Of a stretch of DNA of 64,000 nt, positions 59,701 to 64,000 are shown in pieces. Numbering within the stretch: the stretch's first letter is position 1; each line of letters opens with the position of its first letter. The position numbers and the translations under genes were made by a program. The DNA comes from a bacterium (lineage in GTDB: Bacteria > Patescibacteriota > Andersenbacteria > UBA10190 > CAIZMI01). The notes beneath the pieces are model-generated. The model did no database searches. It saw only the letters and a list, made by a program, of their open reading frames with translations, and was not told where the DNA came from. The DNA is taken from the NCBI GenBank assembly GCA_030647555.1, contig JAUSJG010000008.1, positions 65,467 through 129,466 of the forward strand, written 5' to 3'.

Positions 59701-61127
59701 CCACGGAGGTGACGATTTCTGCCTCTGTCCCGACGACCACCAATTTCACCTTCGGCCGGGCGAACGCCACTATTTCCGGCGCGATTACTTTGAATGGTGC
59801 CAATCAAGGCGGTTTTGTGACGGCTTATTCCAGTTCCGGTCGTTACAACGAAGTTGTTAGCGGAAATGGGAGTTACAGCCTAAACGTAACGAGCGGAGAA
59901 ACGTGGTACGTGAGAGCGATGTATGAAACCGGTAATTCATTTTATCTTTCCGACGTTTATGAAGTGGATTTGAGCGGAACAACTACGGCGACGCAAAATT
60001 TGGCATTGGCGGCCGCTTCCTTTACTGTTCCCGATGCCGTGTCTGCCACATTTAATTGCGCCAATGCGAAAAAGCTGTCTTTGTCAAACGGAATGGAAGT
60101 TTCTATTCCCGCAAACACGATTGTTCCTTCTTCGGTGGATACTTGCGATTCGTCCAATTCGTCCAGCAATATCACGTTAACGGTCACCCCCACGGCGCAA
60201 ATGTCTTTGCAAGATAATTCGGTGCCGATTGGCGTGGGTTATGAAATTAGCGCGTTGGATTCCAACGGCGCGGAAATCACCGGAACGTTCAGTAATTCCG
60301 TGACGATCACGATTCCCTATACGGACGCGCAAATTTTGGCTTCGATGGGAGGAAGTTTGTCCGCGGAATCACTGTTGGGCAACGGTTACTGGGATACGTC
60401 TACGTCTACGTGGCGAACCGTCGACGGGCAAGTGTTAGATACGGAAAATAATACTTTAACCATTACCACGGATCACTTCACGCTTTATGGCGTGTTGGCT
60501 TCAACCAACCCATCCACGACGCGACAGACTTCGACATCGTCGTCAACTTCGGGTAGTAGTGGCGGCGGATCGGACGGAGGTTCTGTTGTGGAAAAGTTTG
60601 TGCGACCCGGACAGAGATTTTCATTGACGGTAACGCCAAGCGTTTTGAAAGGAATAGAATACATCACGGCAAACGTGTTTGGTAAAAAATACACGTTAAA
60701 AAAGTCCGGAAAAAAATATTTTGTCGTCCTTACTGCTCCGCAAAAAAGCGCGCGTTATAATGCCGCGATCGTGACGCGTTTCGCTAAATATTCAACTGAC
60801 GAAAAACGAGTGATGGTGGTGTCGGGTAAGTTGGTTAAAGCAAGCGTGCAACCAAAGTCGACGCCGGTTTTGGACACTATGGCTCCCTTGTCGGCAAAAA
60901 AGAACTCGGTGTCAAAGAAAATTTCTTCGTTGTTTAAAAAACAAAGCACTTTCGTTGCCACGCCAAGCCCGTCAAATGGATCTTCGGAAACAGCTGTCAC
61001 GGAACCGGTGATTGTCGCGCCAATTATTGCGTCGACAAATTCGCCGGAGGCGGAAATAAAGACGGAAAATAAAATTCAATCCGTAAAGGTGCCGTGGTAT
61101 CGCAAAATATTGCAGTGGTTTTATTGA
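56703..61127 (+). CDS. Large surface protein with tandem carboxypeptidase-regulatory/CnaB-like beta-sandwich repeats
   Basis: 1474 aa with an N-terminal TM/signal, repeated (T/S)I(T/S)G.V...G.(Y/F)....P.GTY motifs, TTDHFTLY, an S/G linker and a Lys-rich tail. Confidence 0.8.
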   Translation: MKLNILRFVIKAVVVFFVVVLVGGGAYLAKQFIRQAGAAAITVSAFSVSSSVASAQNVTYTYTFTTAAQLLGVDSDYVTLGLQRDWGTSVNFCNATVVSIVNGSSEDISGQFGAIQTNPNNCDNVNLPVSGTISASTQITAQLSGVTNPSVEGAYWPYVADSKNNQATTATAPHQPIGTPMLKVKVVQPDGSTASANSNVWIHTSNYTASGGKNTGIDGKAYIFASDIYGAQGESRNGTYIIEAFAPDGSTYSNAVSVSNVALTEGSTVDYTQAPLGAVALTRVQITGTVKVPAGCTNCVAAAGSAVADASVNLMDASFNPQRSKYTQTNANGVFRFGGLVAGSYRLEVRLPFSSANYLGLNEPSAIEFTVNENGSVTYGEITTAAASLPHNLGNVEYALATKTISGTVTKDGVALSGASIRAFKMMGSGMAQTTTAGNGTYSLQVGGGAWMLMPDVNYMANFNGDPNDDVTADWIYCDKSKSVSFATGNTVESSTGNNFDVKGTAATITGRVTYPNGSPVSGNASVDLFSKDGCSSYASVNWQTGAFSVAVPSGTYNVKVNTWDQSYGTPATQTITVTSGTNALGDLALVEKAARITGMVWADANGNNSYDAGEGVGNMRVEAFKMGRKFDESSGGMGGSMGGGDWANTNSSATEATKGQFTLNVTRGTWVVNVMADRGMMGGGYSQSSTNYIYSGAPTTVNITSDSASSANNNFKMSIADATITGRVVAAGTETVVSNLWGYAFAESNSAYNAGPMMGAGMGSPISNGTFTIKVPAGTYRVGVDFPTDSAGYTPANMTTVTAVSGQNTNVDVSVQPNNATVRVRFKDGNGNLVTNLSFAEVFMDNGNGGHVWKMFNSANLTTGYVDVVVAAGTWRVGYHIDPASNNYMSIPNTENNVTAVANTTVTKDVVLRSADSTVSGTVYNPSGSPLAGVWVSVDNRKSSSFQPGIGPMFSEGKMTGSDGTYSLNMPAGTYKIAAFFPPEAMVGGTTVNYLNPQATEVTISASVPTTTNFTFGRANATISGAITLNGANQGGFVTAYSSSGRYNEVVSGNGSYSLNVTSGETWYVRAMYETGNSFYLSDVYEVDLSGTTTATQNLALAAASFTVPDAVSATFNCANAKKLSLSNGMEVSIPANTIVPSSVDTCDSSNSSSNITLTVTPTAQMSLQDNSVPIGVGYEISALDSNGAEITGTFSNSVTITIPYTDAQILASMGGSLSAESLLGNGYWDTSTSTWRTVDGQVLDTENNTLTITTDHFTLYGVLASTNPSTTRQTSTSSSTSGSSGGGSDGGSVVEKFVRPGQRFSLTVTPSVLKGIEYITANVFGKKYTLKKSGKKYFVVLTAPQKSARYNAAIVTRFAKYSTDEKRVMVVSGKLVKASVQPKSTPVLDTMAPLSAKKNSVSKKISSLFKKQSTFVATPSPSNGSSETAVTEPVIVAPIIASTNSPEAEIKTENKIQSVKVPWYRKILQWFY

Positions 61128-61169
61128 AAACCGCTTTGTTTATGGATGGGGGGGTAAAAGGGTCAAAAC

Positions 61170-61222
61170 TTGACTTAGTGACGTAAAAAGTATATATTTA
61201 GGTTATTATACTAACCTAAATA
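61170..61222 (+). promoter_or_regulatory. sigma70 promoter with overlapping perfect 11-bp inverted repeat (operator-like)
   Basis: TTGACT-17-TATATT (61170-61198); TATTTAGGTTA-ttatac-TAACCTAAATA (61195-61222). Confidence 0.65.
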
Positions 61223-61228
61223 GCATAT

Positions 61229-62350
61229 ATGTCGGTTACTAGACACATTCAAAAGGCGATAGAGGGGGCTTTGTTTCAAGGTAAAATAGTTGTAATTTAC
61301 GGTGCCAGGCAGGTTGGAAAAACAACCTTAGTGAGAGAGATTATGTCAAAGCATGAGGGGGCTTTGTATTTGAATTGTGATGAACCGGATGTTCGAAATG
61401 CTTTAATTGACAAAACCTCTACTGAACTCAAGTCTTTTATCGGTTCCCGAAAACTTGTTGTGATTGACGAAGCGCAACGGGTTAAAAATATCGGGCTGAC
61501 TCTGAAGCTTATTGTCGATACTTTTCCGGAGATCCAAGTGATTGCCACGGGGTCGTCTTCTTTTGAGTTGTCCGGAAAGATTTCCGAGCCCTTAACCGGT
61601 CGAAAAACAGAGTTCTTTCTTTATCCTTTTTCTGTGGAAGAACTATTTCAAATCCATTCTCCGGTCGAGGTTGGCAGATTACTTGAGGAGCAACTTGTTT
61701 TTGGGATGTACCCGGGGGTTGTTTTTGCGGGGCCCGATCGTGAAAAAATTGTGAGAGAGTTGGCGACAAGTTATTCTTATAAAGACGTGCTTGCTTATCA
61801 GGATATTCGGAACCCGGAACTTTTGGAGAAACTTTTGCAGGCATTGGCGCTTCAGGTTGGCAATGAGGTTTCTTTTTCCGGGCTGGCGCAAATAGTTGGT
61901 GCCAATAAGGTTACGGTGGAAAGCTATATTCGGATTTTAGAACAAGCTTATATCATTTTTCGCGTTGGTCCGTTTTCGCGAAATTTACGAAACGAATTGA
62001 AGAAGAAACGCAAGATTTATTTTTATGATCTTGGTTTACGGAATGCTTTAATTAATAATCTTAACCCGATTTCACTGCGTTCGGATGTCGGCGCATTGTG
62101 GGAAAATTATATGATGAGTGAAAGATTAAAGCGAAACAATAATCATGGGATTTCCGCGAATACATATTTTTGGCGGACCAGTACGGGCAAAGAAATTGAT
62201 TATATTGAGGACGTGGGTGGTGTTTTGTCCGGTTTTGAGTTTAAGTGGCAAAAAAGTAATTTTACTAAGCCAAAAGAATTTTTAACGGCTTATCCCAACA
62301 GTACGATTGAGTTGATAAACAAGGATAATTATTTGGAATTTCTGCGGTAG
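61229..62350 (+). CDS. AAA_14 ATPase with DUF4143 domain
   Basis: GARQVGKTT, IDEAQ, ATGSS, LTGRK, KIYFYDLGLRN, GALWEN, YFWRT..EIDY and FEFKW. Confidence 0.92.
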   Translation: MSVTRHIQKAIEGALFQGKIVVIYGARQVGKTTLVREIMSKHEGALYLNCDEPDVRNALIDKTSTELKSFIGSRKLVVIDEAQRVKNIGLTLKLIVDTFPEIQVIATGSSSFELSGKISEPLTGRKTEFFLYPFSVEELFQIHSPVEVGRLLEEQLVFGMYPGVVFAGPDREKIVRELATSYSYKDVLAYQDIRNPELLEKLLQALALQVGNEVSFSGLAQIVGANKVTVESYIRILEQAYIIFRVGPFSRNLRNELKKKRKIYFYDLGLRNALINNLNPISLRSDVGALWENYMMSERLKRNNNHGISANTYFWRTSTGKEIDYIEDVGGVLSGFEFKWQKSNFTKPKEFLTAYPNSTIELINKDNYLEFLR

Positions 62351-62413
62351 GGTTTCTGAAATTTGCAAGAGGAGTGGGTTTGTACAATTATTGTGTAGTG
62401 CTAAAATATAATT

Positions 62414-63622
62414 ATGATTGTGGATATGTTGTTGAGGGTGTTGGGGGAGAATCCTAGCCAATACACTCAGAGTATTGATAAGTGGATAGCCCTGGAAACA
62501 ATTATTACTGATAAAATATTTTTTGTTTTACCATACGTGTTGTTTGTCGTTTGTTGGTTGTGGGTAATAAAGGACAAAAGAAATGGAAAAGTTATTTCAA
62601 AGAGAAGAATTGTAAAGGTGTTATTTATTAGTGTCTTGTTGTTGTTGGTTGGATTCAGTATTCCTGGAATATATGATGGAATTTTATTGGCCGGTGGAAT
62701 TGATAGTGCATACTCAATCCCTACGCCGGAAAGTTATGAACCATACGTGGAACCGGATTCAGTTTTAGGTTTTTCTGTTTCTCCAAACGTGACATTTGAA
62801 ATTATTGATCCTGATGGAAAGATTTTATCGCGTGAGAAGAACGAGCTCGGGGAAGACAACGCCAATTTTGATGATGATCCTTCTGACCCTGACGATATTA
62901 TTCTCGTTACCATTCGTAATCCAAAAGTGGGGAAGTATACGCTCAAGCTAACCGGTAATACCGCCGGTGATTATTATGTTGATTCAACTTATGTTAATGA
63001 CAATGGGGTGTTTGATGATGAAAATACGGGCACCATTAAAAAAGAAGAAGAAAAGACGCTTGAGGCCACGGTTTCGGAAACTGCCGGCGTGGATTTACCT
63101 GCAAACGAAACCGATAAAGGTTCGAATGATATAACCGTGACGGACGATAATAATACAACGGAAAATAAAACCGGTGATTCATCCGGACCCAATACTGCTA
63201 AAATAAAAACTGGAACCGTGCTGGGGACGGCGACGGTGCGGGTGAAATTGAGTTAGACGATTTTATCTGTTCGACAACGACTTGAACGGGAGATTGCCGC
63301 GCCTCCGCCAAACGGGCGGATGGCTCCAGCCTTCGCCGAGGCTACGGCCGGCAGGCGCAAAGACGGCGGATTAACAAAAAAAGATTTTAATTTATTGGTT
63401 GGGCCGGTTAATGAAATGCTTTTACGGGCGCGGGCTTATGAAACTGCCCTGGCAAATAAAAAAACAAAAACAGCTGTAAGTTTGCTTGTTAAAATTAAAG
63501 AAGATTTTCAGGATTTTGCGAATAAGGTCGAGAAATTAATTGCCACTGGGAAATTAAATCAACAAACAGTGAATGTTCTGACGGCCTTGGTGCAACGATT
63601 GGGGAACGCGGGATTGCGGTGA
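62414..63622 (+). pseudogene. Internally deleted fusion of small TM protein and lipase C-terminal half, interrupted by one in-frame TAG (63254-63256)
   Basis: The N-terminal ~86 aa are paralogous to 53979..54287 and are joined to DGILLAGGI... (paralogous to 55408 onward). ORFs 62414..63256 and 63320..63622 are in the same frame. Confidence 0.75.
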
Positions 63623-63857
63623 GGACGACGGAATCCATCCCCGCCCCTCGAAGCGAGGTTCGCCTCGATGGGCGACATCCCTTGAATCCCCACGTCACAC
63701 AAGGTTATGTGGGGCGCTGAAAGGGAAGGAATACTACGGCGAAAACTTTATTGATACCAATCAGGGTCGGACCCTATTGCTTTGTGCGACGGCGCGGATT
63801 TATGCTTTCCGTCTGTTGGCGGGGCTAGTTTTTTGGAGGTGTGTTATAATTTTAATT

Positions 63858-64000
63858 ATGAAGAAAAAGATCGGGAAAAATAAAAATTTGTTAATTTATC
63901 AAGCGAAAAACGGCGCCATTGAGTTGCGTGGTGATTTTTCACGAGAAACAATTTGGGCGACGCAGGCACAGATCGCATCGATTTTTGACGTAACACCACA
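63858..64000 (+). CDS. RhuM-family / Fic-DOC-associated protein, N-terminus only (runs off the window)
   Basis: MKKKIGKNKNLLIYQAKNGAIELRGDFSRETIWATQAQIASIFDVTP. TGTTATAAT lies 7 nt before the ATG. Confidence 0.8.
   Translation, partial: MKKKIGKNKNLLIYQAKNGAIELRGDFSRETIWATQAQIASIFDVTP

Noticed and set aside
63254-63256. TAG as evidence of stop-codon reassignment
   Set aside because: TAG ends intact genes here (51861, 53700, 62350), and TGA is also a stop in ATGA overlaps. A single nonsense mutation is the simpler explanation.

Overview
This 64-kb window looks like bacterial DNA read with standard code 11 (ATGA start/stop overlaps show TGA is a stop). Gene content and organisation suggest a Patescibacteria/CPR-type genome, which is an inference. 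About 52 kb (1-51.9 kb) is one cell-surface glycosylation locus. It holds about 11 multi-pass membrane proteins that resemble GT-C glycosyltransferases (TMTC-, YfhO-, DUF2079- and ArnT/PMT-like). Five of these, plus one stand-alone protein, share an unnamed extracytoplasmic 'QxF...G(D/N)(I/L)AF' domain. The locus also has a GT2+DUF2304 pair, GT2/GT4 transferases, AsnB, Wzm/Wzt, about six methyltransferases and a nucleotide-sugar pathway with a TPP-dependent E1 alpha/beta pair lacking E2/E3, which suggests branched-sugar synthesis. The last 12 kb is a rearranged region containing three RhuM-family starts and a small-membrane-protein + secreted-lipase pair with an internally deleted second copy. 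It also holds a 1474-aa surface protein with an HF-T autoproteolysis-like motif, an AAA_14/DUF4143 ATPase, and a scar joining two gene 5' ends. Comparing the duplicated segments gives filled and empty sites for 20-75 bp palindromic elements that nest inside each other and insert in-frame into proteins. Many transcription units appear leaderless. I found no rRNA, tRNA, CRISPR array, transposase or integrase. All product calls come from motif recognition; no database search was run.
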